NCBI RefSeq assembly: GCF_001194135.2
Contig: NC_068997.1
Span: 47,423,627-47,487,343 of the forward strand
Direction: 5' to 3'
From: Octopus bimaculoides
Taxonomy: Eukaryota
Length of the DNA stretch: 63,717 nt
Below, one piece after another: positions 50,191-62,829 of this stretch. Position 1 is the first letter of the stretch; every line of letters begins with the position of its first letter. Position numbers and translations under genes: made by a program. The notes below the pieces were generated by a model. That model was given only the letters and a program-made list of their open reading frames with translations, had not been told where the DNA came from and did not search any database.

Positions 50191-50399
50191 AATAAAAGAA
50201 TATGGTATAAAAAGTACTCTGTAACGCATCACGCTAAAGTGCTATGTCCAGTTATTAAACGAGTGCAGCTGCATCTACAAATGCACATCCATTTAAGCAT
50301 ACGCTAACTCACAGAGTTACAATCACCGGAACTATCTTTCTCCAAAAGACGTAGCACAAATACATACCTATATAGACATATACATACAAATGCATACCT

Positions 50400-50477
50400 A
50401 TATAGACATAGAAACGCGCGCACACACATACACAAGCACACCTGTCTACCATCTATATATACATGTGTGGGCATGTG

Positions 50478-50534
<57 letters not shown>

Positions 50535-50900
50535 ACGTGCGTGCGTACGTATGTAAGCGTATGTGTGTGTACGTATGTATGCTGCAAGTTTACGTGCATG
50601 TGTGTGTGTACGTACGTATGTATGCAAGTCTATGTGTGTGTGTGTATGTGTACGTAAGTATGTATGCAAGTGTACGAGTGTGTGTATGTACGTATGTACA
50701 CAAGTGTGTGCGTATGTGCGTACGTATGTATGTATGCAAGTGTATGTGTGTAAGTACGTACGCATGTATGCATGTGTACGTGTGTGTGTGTGCACGTACG
50801 TATGTATGTATGTATGTATGTAAGTGTACGTGTGTGTGTACGTACGTATATATATGGAAGTGTATGCGTATGTATCTGTGAGTGTGTGTGCATATGTATA
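50400..50900. repeat. Compound (TA)/(TG)/(TACG)/(TATG) microsatellite
   Basis: Direct. Confidence 0.95.
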
Positions 50901-51872
50901 GTGAAATAGTCGGTGATGCGGAATGACTCAAGAAATTTCCGGCCAATAGATGGTGCAAGGACTTGTTGCTGTCAATCACAGAGGACAGTCGTTTACTGCC
51001 AATTGTCTCCTCCTCAGGTAGAGTCAGTTAAGCAACTTCTTAACATTCCAAATCTTGTCGATATGACGTGTGATTTGAACGCAGATCGTGGAGATGTAAC
51101 TCTTTCCCTGTCATCCTGTAGGCTAAAGTGAACGGATTGTCGATTAACTCAAGTACCAGTCGACTACTTGAAAATCGATACCAGCATCACCACCACCAAC
51201 GTCGTAACCGCCATCACCGCAATGACCTCCATCCCATAATATTGTTTAGTTTTGTATCAATGGTAGAAATGCATATTTGTTTTACAGCAATAGTAAGTCA
51301 GGAAAAGCCGTTAATGCGCGTGCGCAGCTTCAGAGAAATACGCACACGAATGCATGTGTGTGTACAAACAGGTATACTCTAATACACACATACACACAGA
51401 AGCACATACAGGTCAATCCACCGACGCATAGCCCAAACGCCTATACATATACGCGGGGTTGTATATTAAGGTTACACATTGCACTGTTGTATTAGAACCA
51501 TCTAATGATTCCACATACGCGCGTTTGAGAGAGAGGGAGAGAGAGAAAGAAAGAGAGAGAGAGAGAGAAATGTACCAACAGGGATAACATTATTCGTTCT
51601 CTCTCTTTCTGATACACATATGTGCATACAGGTATGCACTTACAGGTACAGAAATCAATGCTAGACGACATGAGGACATTTAGAAATATCAAATAGAAAA
51701 ATCTCCACGCGTGCGCGTACACTTATGCGCGCGCGCACATTTACATGTTCACAAATAGAGCAACTTTTCTTTCTCCCCCAAATTCGGTTATACACGCATG
51801 CACATAGAGAAAAATCTCTACTAAACAATGTCTTGTAGTTTGAGAAATATCCATGTAACCAATCGAAGAATT

Positions 51873-52287
51873 NNNNNNNNNNNNNNNNNNNNNNNNNNNN
51901 NNNNNNNNNNNNNNNNNNNNNNNNNNNNNNNNNNNNNNNNNNNNNNNNNNNNNNNNNNNNNNNNNNNNNNNNNNNNNNNNNNNNNNNNNNNNNNNNNNNN
52001 NNNNNNNNNNNNNNNNNNNNNNNNNNNNNNNNNNNNNNNNNNNNNNNNNNNNNNNNNNNNNNNNNNNNNNNNNNNNNNNNNNNNNNNNNNNNNNNNNNNN
52101 NNNNNNNNNNNNNNNNNNNNNNNNNNNNNNNNNNNNNNNNNNNNNNNNNNNNNNNNNNNNNNNNNNNNNNNNNNNNNNNNNNNNNNNNNNNNNNNNNNNN
52201 NNNNNNNNNNNNNNNNNNNNNNNNNNNNNNNNNNNNNNNNNNNNNNNNNNNNNNNNNNNNNNNNNNNNNNNNNNNNNNNNNNNNNNN
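51873..52287. other. Assembly gap (N)
   Basis: N run. Confidence 1.
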
Positions 52288-52429
52288 ATAAAAGAAAAAT
52301 AAAAGATAAAAAATGATTGGACGAAACCGATGAAACAAATCTTGTAGATTGATATTTCCAAGATTAAACAAACATCAAATGTATTGATCGAATTCCTTTT
52401 TTGTTTCCCTTGTTGATTTTCTTCTTTTC

Positions 52430-52478
<49 letters not shown>

Positions 52479-53089
52479 CCAATAGCAGTATTTTGTTAAA
52501 ATAAATTTGGGCGGGGAAATCTTTGTCTCACTTGTATGGAGAAGTTTTGAAGTTTAAAAACTTTTTAGCAAGCCTACCATATACCCGTGGATGCCGTCAG
52601 GTTTTGAGAAATTAGGCGTTTGTCAATTGGAACTCTTAAGTTTCTGATAGTTCTGTCGCACATTGTTTTAAGTCCAGGCAAGATACCTGATACTAAATTT
52701 TGTAACAGAAGATGGTAATTGTGAATCAAACATGTATGCCAGGAAACATCTGGGAACCGCCCAAATAGTATATTTTACTTGATACATTAAGAATATTTAC
52801 TGTGGGCGAAAAGCTATCTTGTAATAAAATCATTGAGAGAGCAATAATATTTTGGAAGGAAGAGGAAGAAAAAAAAAAGAGAAGGACAGACAGAAAGAAA
52901 GAAATAGTGTGAGTAGATAAGTTAAAAAGAACAAGTGAAAGTGTTTTTAGTTTGGTTGGAGATCAATTTTAAGAAAAGAAAAAAATGGGGCGGTGATAGA
53001 GTTGTAGTGCGAGGAAGTGAGGTATATTAATGTTTCAAGCATTTCTATCACCTAAAAATGTATTTGCGTGGTAAGAATTAGAAGGACCC

Positions 53090-53276
53090 GTATATGTATG
53101 TAGGTGTGAGTATGTATGTGTGTGTGTGTAGGTATATGTATATGTGTATGTATGTATATATGTATGTGTATGCGTATGTGTATATATATATGTATGTATA
53201 TACATGTGTATTCGTATATATGTGTATTTATATATATATATGTATGTATATTTATATTTGTATGTATGTATGTATG

Positions 53277-53331
<55 letters not shown>

Positions 53332-53360
53332 ATGTGTTTGTGTATGATGTATGTATGCGT
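53090..53360. repeat. Compound (TATG)/(TA)/(TG) microsatellite
   Basis: Direct. Confidence 0.95.
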
Positions 53361-53857
53361 CTGTGTAAAATAGAAAGGGGGTTATAATTAATATTAATAT
53401 TTAGTAATTTGATACAATTTTAAGAATGAAAATTAATAAATGATTTTTTAAAAAAAAGTGTTCTAAGCTGTTTCCAAAAGAGTTTTCAAAGCTGTCCATA
53501 TAGAACACCTATTTGGTAAGAGATAAGGGGGCGAAGAAGAGGTATATGCGATGTAAAAAGAAACTGGTTGATTAACTTTGGAATGATTAAGCAAACGATT
53601 ACAGAAGAAATATTAACAGGATTTGGGGATTAATATGCAAATCTCACATTTCATTTCACTTAAGTTAATTTTTTTTTTTTCAAATGTGCATTTAGTTTAT
53701 TTTGGTGAAGTATGTTATAGAAGAGAGACTGGCTACGCAATATCGAGGACTATTCATTGAATCTGCTATTGAATCAAAGATTAGTAGAAGAAAATGTTAT
53801 TCTAACTATGCTTTCTTTTTAATATTGTACAAACAGTTGCAGGCGTAGCTATACAGG

Positions 53858-54240
53858 CGCAGGCGTGGCTGTGTGATAAGAAGCTTGATTCCCAACCACA
53901 TGGTTCCAGGTTCAGTCCCACTGCGTGACACGCTGAGCAAGTGTCTTCTACTATAGCCTCGGGCCGACCAAACCCTTGTGAGTGGATTTGGTAGACGGAA
54001 ACTGAAAGAAGCCAGTCATATATATATGTGTGTGTGTGTTTGCGTTTCCCCCCACCACCGTTTGACAACCGGTGTTAATGTGTTTACGTCCCCGTAATCT
54101 AGGTGTTCGGCAAAAGAGACCGATAGAATAAGTACTAGGCTTTAAAAAGTCCTGGGGTCGATTTGTTCGGCTAAAACCTTTCAAGGCGGTGCCCCAGCAT
54201 GGCCGCAGTCAAATGACTGAAACAAATAAAAGATAAAGAA
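53858..54240 (+). mobile_element. Full-length tRNA-derived SINE family B
   Basis: ggcgcaggcgtggctgtgtgataagaagc head, ggttcagtccca B-box-like, internal (TG)n, tail gcagtcaaatgactgaaacaaataaaaga. Confidence 0.9.
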
Positions 54241-54769
54241 AACAAAAAAGAACTTGTGCAGGAATTTTCACTTTAATCTATGTTTAATCTATATAAATAT
54301 AAAAATAAGAGAAAGTAAGGGGAGAAATATATTTTCAAAGACTCAACACAAACATTTTGGGTAATGAACATGGTTTGCTCACTATCTTTGTATTTGTTTT
54401 AGTTTGAAAGTTTCTTTTTCCTTTTCTTAATTAATAATAACTGCGAAATTATAAAATAGAGATAATAATTTAATCAAATTTTACTGAGAATATTTTTGTC
54501 GTCTGTCCAAAATTTTGATCAGAAAATAAACCCCTCCCTATATGCCGAATTCTGAAATAAATAATAAGTGTTAGTACTGTTTTTTTAAGTCGTCAAAGTA
54601 AAAATATTTCATTAAGAACCAATAGAAAACAATTATCTCAACCGCTGCTTTAATTAAATAGTATGGATAATGCGTAAAAGATTTTACTATCATACTCATA
54701 TGTAAAGTAGTTAATTGACAAGATCGGTAAAGAGCAAGCCCAACTACGTTGTGTTATTTCGTACATTTA

Positions 54770-54920
54770 CGTTCTGAGTTCAAATGCCGCCAGGGTCAAT
54801 ACTGACTTTCTTCCCTTCGAGTTCAATAAGAGTAAAATACCAAGTGATATACTAGATTCGATTAAATCGACTATCTTCACCCACCCGAAATTTATGGCCT
54901 TCTGCCTATCTTAGAAATCA
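54770..54920 (+). mobile_element. Degenerate SINE family A
   Basis: ttacgttctgagttcaaatgccgccagggtcaa. Confidence 0.6.
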
Positions 54921-55339
54921 CTAGAATACTATACTGATATCGTGAAAAGTACAAAAAATTTTGAGATGTCTGTCTGTTTGAAACTGATGAAATGATTTCA
55001 TATAGAATTCGCAAATTGCTACATTTGTATATGCACACACACACACACACAGACACACTCATATATATACACATACATAGACATTACGGATGTATTTAAT
55101 TCTTTCATTTGTGCTGTGCGAAAGATTTTCTTTTGTTTCCGCCCGAATTGTTTATACCCGCCTTAACTTTAATATAAATATTAACATAAAGTTCTCTACG
55201 TATGTATGCTTCAACAGCTGTATGAATGTATGTATGCATGTATATTAGAGCACTTGTATGTAAACAGACATGTGTATACATCCATCCATCAACTTGCACA
55301 TACACACGCACGCATACAAACATACACATACATACACAC

Positions 55340-55550
55340 ACATCTTTTATCTGCTTAAGTCATTGGCCTACGGCAATGCTGGGGAACTGCTTTGAAGGGT
55401 TTCGTCGAATAGATCGACCCCAGTATATATTTTGATCGGACTTTTTTGCTGAACCGCTAAAACAAATCATCATGGTTGCTAAGCTATTGCGAGAGGACAA
55501 TGACAAACACAGAAAGTACACCCCCCACACACACAATTCCTGTAGAAGAC
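55340..55550 (-). mobile_element. Degenerate SINE family B
   Basis: Reverse complement of tail and body words (tttgctgaaccgctaa, gttgctaagc). Confidence 0.6.
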
Positions 55551-55599
55551 TTTATCCAAGTTGAAAATTCACTTTGTCGCTTTTCAAAGTTTTGGGAAT

Positions 55600-55836
55600 C
55601 TGACACTCGGAGTAACAGTTGGCGAAGTTTTTAGTTAGCTTCCACTGCTTGCTGTTCACTTGCTTATGATAACCCCTAGGAGTAGACGTGGTTAACAAGA
55701 CCGATAAGAGATAGGCAGATCCTGTGACAGTGAGGGCATTGAAAGTGACCCCGAACAGCAGCCACAGGGGTTTAGTGATGACATCTCTTCCTCTCTGCAT
55801 ACAATTTCCTGCTTTCAGTTTCCAAGTGCTCTATTC
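55600..55836 (-). mobile_element. RTE-clade LINE 3' end
   Basis: HLETESRKLYAERKR...FQCPHCHRICLSLIGLVNH matches the RTE C-terminal ...ExKR...CPHCxRxCxSRIGLxSH motif. Confidence 0.75.
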
Positions 55837-55854
55837 TGACATCCAATAAATATT

Positions 55855-56281
55855 CTTTTCTACTCTAGACACAAGGCCCAACATTTCTGGGGAAGGGACC
55901 AGTTGATTAGATCGACCCCTGTACACAATTGGTATTTAATTTATCGACCCCGGAAGGATGAAAGGCAAAGTCGACTTCGGAGTTTGAACTAAGAACGTAA
56001 AGACAGACGAAATACCGCTAAGCATTTTGTCCGGCGTGCTAACGTTTCTTATTTCTTTATTGCCCACAAGGGCTAAACATAGAGGGGGACAAACAAGGAC
56101 AGACAAAGAGATTGAGTCGATTACATCGACCCCAGTGCATAACTGGTACTTAATTTATCGACCTCGAAAGGATGAAAGGTAAAGTTGACCTCGACGGAGT
56201 TTGAACTCAAAACATAAAGACAGACGAAATACCGCTAAGCATTTCGTCCGGCGTGCTAACGTTTCTGCCAGCTCGCTGCCT
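55855..56281 (-). mobile_element. Two stacked SINE family A copies flanked by one TSD
   Basis: 18-bp direct repeat tgacatccaataaatatt at 55837-55854 and 56282-56299. Confidence 0.88.
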
Positions 56282-56730
56282 TGACATCCAATAAATATTG
56301 ATAAAGGAATAATATGTAATAACAAGTTTTCATTTCTTTTATTAACCCTTATCACTTTTATAAAACTCATCATCTGACCATGATCAACTCTAACATAAAA
56401 AATTAAGTTATATAACACCCCTAAAAACACTATCATAACAATAAAAAAACAATATATATATAATATAATATAACCTCCCTAATTAAATTAACAAATGGGG
56501 GAGCCCCCATATTACAAATACACGATAAAAATATTAATAACTTCATCATGAGATTATAATTAATTATTCCTCCTCATAAAAACAACTTTCGACTATTAAC
56601 TCTTGCATAAATTAAATAACCTACACAAAACAAACCCTGATGAACATAACCCATGACAAACCATTATTAATATATCCCCTTTTCAACCTACAATAAATCC
56701 TCTAATTATACCTACTAATATTACTCTTAG
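56282..56730 (-). pseudogene. ND4: Nuclear mitochondrial insertion (NUMT) of the ND4 3' part
   Basis: In the invertebrate mitochondrial code: LSVMLVGMISGFIVGWKGDMLMMVCHGLCSSG, (frameshift) LFCVGYLIYASVNSRKLFLWGGM...CICNMGAPPFVNLISEVM...FLGVLYNLIFYVSVDHGQ...LLLHIIPL. These are the ND4 motifs HGLCSSGLF, NMxxPP, HG and HxxPL; the mitochondrial-type strand skew is retained. Confidence 0.92.
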
Positions 56731-56805
56731 AAGAATTTTTTTTACCTATTCTAATGATTAATTTGTCACTCTTTACAATTTTTTGTACCATTAAATGCGC
56801 GCACG

Positions 56806-56857
<52 letters not shown>

Positions 56858-56859
56858 AA

Positions 56860-57596
56860 GTGTTTCATTCAAATGTCTCTGTGAATGCTGTAGGATGTCA
56901 CGCTGTTATATAACTCTAGGTGTACGATTAGTTATAGCAGGAACAAGTGTGAGCTAACGAAAGTGATTATCGTAATTCGCCTTAAAGTTCTTGGTATTTA
57001 ACAACTTTGGTACGAATAGCTGTAGATGTTTGTCGTGGTGAGTTCAGCGATTCTTTTAGGCCATAGGTGTTTCAAGTGTATGTTTGTTATTATATCTGAC
57101 TTTTAAATATTTAGATTTCCCTCTTGCATTCCTGAGAATCTGATGGAAGAATGGAGTGGAAAACAGTGATCTGGGTGCAGAGCGCACGCTTTTCTTTCTT
57201 TGAATGTCTTTGTGGTGACTGATTTTCGTAAAATGTTTGATAAAAGTACCAATTTGGTGTTGCAGCGTGAATATATTAAGATTATTATTGTGACACAGGG
57301 TGTGGTGTGGCTGTTGTTATTGTTGTTGTTGATGTTAATGATGATGATGTTACTAATTGCTGTTTTACTGTTAGCTCTATCATATATGTTGGATACAGAT
57401 GCTTGCCAATTTTCTGTTTTTCTATGGTTGATATTTTTTTGTTATTTCCTTATTTAGTTGCTTCCAGCAGAGTTTTATTTCGGTTATGTGTAGTTTTGGT
57501 GTATTGTGTCTGAGGCTGTCTGATTTTTATGAGGTTAAATATTTCTGCTGTGTAACTGGGTTATAATTTTTTTTATGTTGCCTTGTGGAATATGTT

Positions 57597-57630
<34 letters not shown>

Positions 57631-58130
57631 CCCTTTTTTAGATGTATCTATAACTTTTTGTTGAACATATGTATTCCTGTGCCTCTAAAGGCGACTGTAG
57701 CGCTGTTTAATTCTGAAAATTTTGATTTCAAATTTTGAGGAATTGTTTTTGTTTTCTGTATTGATGTTCGAGTGTATTGGGATATTAGTAGGTAAATCAT
57801 CCAAGGAAGGTTAGGGAATTGTTTACCAATCGGTTGTGGTAGCTGGGTGTGGAAAACAAAAGGCGAAGTCTGGGGATATTTTGTTACAGTTTGTTTGGTG
57901 GGGGTGTATTTGATACCCTGCTTAAAGAAGTTATTGTTCTTTAGCCCCAAGTCTGCCTATAAAAGCTCCTGCAGTTACCACCTCATCTCTTTCTAGAAGG
58001 AACTACTAAGACAATTAGTTGTATCTCCGCAAATTTGGTTACTATTTCTAGTGAGTCGAGCTACCACATAGAAGCTCCCATACTGGATCGTAGAATTTGT
58101 TACTGTTGTTGTTACACTGGCATTTGATCG
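56860..58130. other. Decayed repeat-like segment, possibly Penelope-related; unassigned
   Basis: Coding-like minus-strand remnant (ORF 57648-57950, NLPW..) with only a weak resemblance to the PLE linker region. Confidence 0.25.
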
Positions 58131-58149
58131 ACCCTCAACAGCAGTCGTA

Positions 58150-58470
58150 GTGAAGGTGTGTGGTTTAATGGTTAAGTTATTTGGCTCAGGGCCGTGAGTT
58201 CGGTTCCCGGCAGCGAGTTGTGTCCTTGAGCAAGACACTTTATTTCACGTTGTTGCATTCCACTCAGCTGACAAATATGAGCAGTGGCTGTATTTCAAAG
58301 GGCGAGCCTTGTAATAATACCCCGTATCACGCCGAATCTTTCTGAGAACTACGTTAAGACTACGCATGTCTGTGGAGTGCTCAGCCACTTGCACGTAAAT
58401 TTCACGAGCAGGCTGTTTTGTTGATCAGATCAGTTGGTACCGTCTCGTCACAACCGACGGAGTGCCAGTT
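58150..58470 (+). mobile_element. Full-length SINE family C
   Basis: gtgaaggtgtgtggtttaatgg head to accgacggagtgcca tail; agcagtcg(t/c)a flanks both sides. Confidence 0.87.
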
Positions 58471-58867
58471 TAATAGCAGTCGCATTAAAAAAAGTTTAGG
58501 CTTTTTTTTTTATAAAGCTCAAAGAACGTTTAATTTAGCGGTTGAAAAGTGGGATAAATTTATTTTCTGTGAAGAAGAAGGAAAGTATAACGTTTCAGTT
58601 AGAACACTTCGCCGGAGAGACCTGATCATTGGTGGTACTGAATAAATAGATTAGAAGATGCTAATTGATAGCATCATTCTCAGATGACACTTCCTCATCC
58701 ATTCTTTCGATATCATTAGAAAATATTTTTCGACGAACGGTTCTGTCCGAAACGTTAAACTTCTCTTCATTCTCACACCAAATCAATTTATTCCACATGT
58801 TAAATTCAAATTACGACAAACGTAAATAAACGAACGAAGTTTGCTTTTAGAAGCGTTGAGATGTCTT

Positions 58868-59092
58868 TTAGAAAGTTAAAGAAGTGATTTTAAATTCTCA
58901 ATCGCAGAATAATGCTAATAATATAGCCTGAACAGGATAAACTATCCCTATTTTGCAGAGAAAAGTGTAGGTGGCTAGCTGTGGACCACCTACACTTTTC
59001 TCTGCAAAATAGGGATAGTTTATCCTGTTCAGGCTATATTATTAACATTATTCTGCGATTGAGAATTTAAAATCACTTCTTTAACTTTCTAA
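58868..59092. repeat. Near-perfect long inverted repeat with 107-bp arms and 11-nt loop
   Basis: 58868-58974 pairs with 58986-59092 with a single mismatch (aatgctaat / attaacatt). Confidence 0.97.
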
Positions 59093-60188
59093 TTTATTCC
59101 ACGTTTCAACTTATAACAGTACCTAACCGTCACTGGTTTTCTGAGAAATCTACTGCTTGTTTTATTCAGCTGTTGCATATGCACATTAGACTGACTATAA
59201 TAAATGATTTACGGTTTTACAAGTAAAATATATATGTACTTGTAAGACTATACATATACAAACACACACACAGTCCATATGCATATATAAGTGCATATGC
59301 ATATACAAATTCATATACACATACTTATACACAATGATTAATATACAAATACATTAATCTTTAAAAAAAGGTTTGTATGGAGCTACAATGACAAAACAAC
59401 ACGTGTCTTGTGACTGCACTGAGACAGAAAACTGTAACATATAGGTTGCAAAGACTGCACTCTTTCTTCGTAGTTTAGGGTTACCCTGTTCTGATGATCA
59501 TTCCTATTTCTGTCTCTTTCGTTACCAGCCTTTTTCTTTCTTTCTTTCTTTCTTTCTTTCTGTTTGTACGTATGTATGTATGTATGTATGTATGTGTGTG
59601 TGTGTGTGTTTGTGCGTGACTGCATATATGTATACGTGAGTATGTTGCGTTCACCCACGGGGAAACTACGAGAGCAAACGTTGGCAAGTTTTTTTTTTAT
59701 GACTGAAACGAGATCATGCAGGATGTACTGTTTCTGCTACATTTTGTTCAAAGACATTCTGACCATGTTTTGACAATCTGTGTGTTCATTTCCCTTATCT
59801 TTTTTTTGTTTTTCCTCGACTGCAATTAAAAGCCTGGGAGACATCTCCAATAAGTTTCTTCTGAACACCTCTGATTCTCTTCGCCGTACTCTCTGCTGGT
59901 TTCTGTTTGTATACAAGCGTTATTGCCAGAGCTGAGCTTCCTATGGTCGCTGACCGGAGTTTCTTGTTGAGGGAATGATACAATCATTTCATATGACCAG
60001 CTCAATGCGCCTGTAGGTGGAGTTAAAAACATTAGAGACCTGTCGAATTTACTCTTTTCAAAATTTCCTCTGCCAATTAATGAAGTGAGGAGTGATTCTA
60101 AACACCTTTCGTTGAAACGTTTCAGAAAACAAAAGAAAATTTTATAAATACACATACATCCACATACATACACACGTACAAAAACACA

Positions 60189-60249
<61 letters not shown>

Positions 60250-60764
60250 TTGGCGAAATAAAACGGGAGAAATCGTAGAGTTTATTCGTCTGAGAAACCG
60301 ATCACTCATTTTGTTGCACTATCGAGCGAGTGTATTTTAGATGCTAACCACAATCAGTCGCCCCATTTAACGCTTCCAAGACAAGTGCTTTAGTGGAATC
60401 TGTTTAGTTGCAAGCATCGTCTCCTTCTTCTATTTGTTCCAGGGACCCCTGAAAATGATCAAGAGCACTGTCTTTTTTTTTTTTTTTTTCCAATTAAGTA
60501 TAAAACCATCCTTTGTGCCATACTGAAAGGCTTAGAAAACTTTCACATCAGACAAAATGATAACAAAATAGATGTTTATGATATTATAAGTCTCTACTGT
60601 TATTTGTTTAAAATTCAGAATATGGCTTTTGTCAGACACTTACGCCTAACTGAAGTACGTTTGTATTATCCCCTTGATGAAAATATATCAATGATATTCA
60701 TCGGTTATTGATGGCCTAACGAAATATATTTTAATTCTTTATTAAATAGTCGAATCAGAATATA

Positions 60765-60865
60765 TACGACGAGCTTCTTTCAGTTTCCATCTACCAAATC
60801 TACTAACAAGGCTTTGGTCGGCCCAAAGCTATAATAGCAGACATTTACCCAAGGTGCCACCCAAC
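60765..60865 (-). mobile_element. SINE family B fragment
   Basis: gcttctttcagtttccatctaccaaatc...cccaaggtgccac. Confidence 0.75.
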
Positions 60866-61054
60866 TTGGGCAAGTGGTGACACTTTCCCCCCTCTGATTG
60901 ATTTCCTATAGGCTTCAGTTAAAACTTTTATATCTGATGCTGTACGTTGTCTGGGGATTATTTTCTATCTTAAGAAAGAATTTTTTTTTTGCAGGATAAG
61001 TACCTACAGCATCAGGTGGGTATTCACTAGTAAACTTTTGTATAATACTCGATA

Positions 61055-61271
61055 CAGTAATCCCTCGACTATCGCAGGTGTTACGTTTCAAAACCCCACG
61101 CAACAGGTGAAAATCCGCGAAGTAGAAACAGCACTGTATATTTTTATTATTATTTTTATAATTTGTATAAATTTATTTTACTATAAATGCAAAACAACAC
61201 CACGGAGGAATCGACGTAAGCTTAAATGATAAACCGCAATAGGTGAACCGCGATATAGCAAGGGGTAACTG
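61055..61271. mobile_element. pogo/Tigger-like MITE
   Basis: TA TSD at 61053-54 and 61272-73; imperfect TIRs CAGTAATCCCTCGACTATCGC / GCGATATAGCAAGGGGTAACTG. Confidence 0.8.
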
Positions 61272-61859
61272 TATAATTTTCTCAGCCTACCATACTCTTT
61301 CTTTAATTTTATGTATTATTTTCAAGGACAGGTTTTGTCCAGCATCAGGGGCAGATGATAATTTGTCTGCTGTCTTATTGAACATCATGCTCTTCTCTCT
61401 TTAATCGCCCCGCACAACTGCATTTTTGTGTTGATTCACCTAATCTATTACATTGTTTCTTCGTTTATCAACGATGTAGGCGTAGCCGTTAAGCACAAAC
61501 ATGCTTCCTTTTCTTGTTGATGGTATGAATTCCATAATCTCAAAAAAAGAAAAGTAAAAATTTATTTCTGAACAGCCACTGAATCAGGGTCTAGGCGAGT
61601 AAGCAAATATTGGTTTGGGGCGTGGCTAAAAACCCAACCAAATAACCAACCACAAGTGAAACAGAAACTGAGGGGGATAGTTTCTAAATGCAGTCCGCTG
61701 ATAAGACCGATATAGTACAATGAAAAGTGATTTTAATTATAAGTTTTATATATGCATTAAAATGAACAACAATTTTGCCAGTTGTCTGTTTGGCTAAATA
61801 TCCGTTCAGCTAGATGCCCTTTCTCTTTTATCTGTCAATAAAATGTTTGGAAGGTGTGT

Positions 61860-61861
61860 AC

Positions 61862-61900
<39 letters not shown>

Positions 61901-62100
61901 CATGTGCATAAATGCATAGACATTCAGACACACATACATATATATACGTATATTTGTGTGTGTGTGTTTGTAATGTATATATATATATATATATATATAT
62001 ACATACATACATACACACACGTATATATACGTATACATATATATACGTATATATGCATATATATGCGTGTATAAACATTCACACACACACACACACACAC
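61860..62100. repeat. Compound (TA)/(CA)/(TG) microsatellite
   Basis: Direct. Confidence 0.95.
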
Positions 62101-62829
62101 ACTAGCAATGAATCTCGGCGTTGCTCGGGTGTTATGACCTACATCCACATTGTATTTGTTCCTTTCTTATGGACAAAATCGGTACAACTGAGATATAGTG
62201 AGCTGGATTACTGGCATAATGGAAGTTATTGTTTGTTTGAAAGTGAAGGGAGGAATGTACAATTTGCATGGGTTTGCATGAAAGTGCTTTCTGTTCATAA
62301 GAAGGATCACAAACTATGTATTGTTTCCTCGTAGAAAAGGGAGTTAATATGATTTTGCCCAGAAATCACATTTTTTCAAAATAAGTCGTTTGTTTTGTTT
62401 TTGTTTGTCAAAGTTCTTTGCTCACTACTTTCCAATGACTTTTGGCTTAGTCCATTACAGAGGCCGCATTTTAACCAAATTAAGCATGCAATCGATTAAT
62501 TAGTTGGATATTCAATCAATTGACTAATAAGAAAGGAGTGGAATTGAACCAGTGCGTGTGATAATAATATTGGCACAATAACTCTCCCTAGCCACCTCAT
62601 AACTTCAACATGCAAACCACATATATAAAAAAGCGTAATACACATAAGCTTGCACATAGTTACACGCACGAATCACTAATTGCAGCAAAAAGTGTTAATA
62701 TTCATATAATTTTCCATAGCAAAGTACAGATGACAGGTTACGAATATCTGGTCATACGACCGTCTGTAGATGCTTTGAAATATATATCAAATCTCTGACC
62801 CGTCTACTAGAGGTTTTGACAATAATCAG

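Larger units (their letters stand above)
60480..61535 (-). mobile_element. FLYWCH-MULE (Mutator-like) transposase remnant, interrupted by a MITE and a SINE
   Basis: MEFIPSTRKGSMFVLNGYAYIVDK...CAGR...APDAG (FLYWCH-like). After excising the MITE at its TA, the frame reads AEKIISSIIQKFTSEYPPDAVGTYP, then PRQRTASDIKVLTEAYRKSIRG; the downstream part is weaker. Confidence 0.6.

Noticed and set aside
51018-51095. 78-nt in-frame candidate exon (VESVKQLLNIPNLVDMTCDLNADRGD)
   Set aside because: Weak donor, no partner exons and no recognisable family.
887-62148. Numerous ORF-track proteins rich in HT/CV/YI/VY repeats or X
   Set aside because: They are translations of dinucleotide microsatellites or N gaps, not genes.
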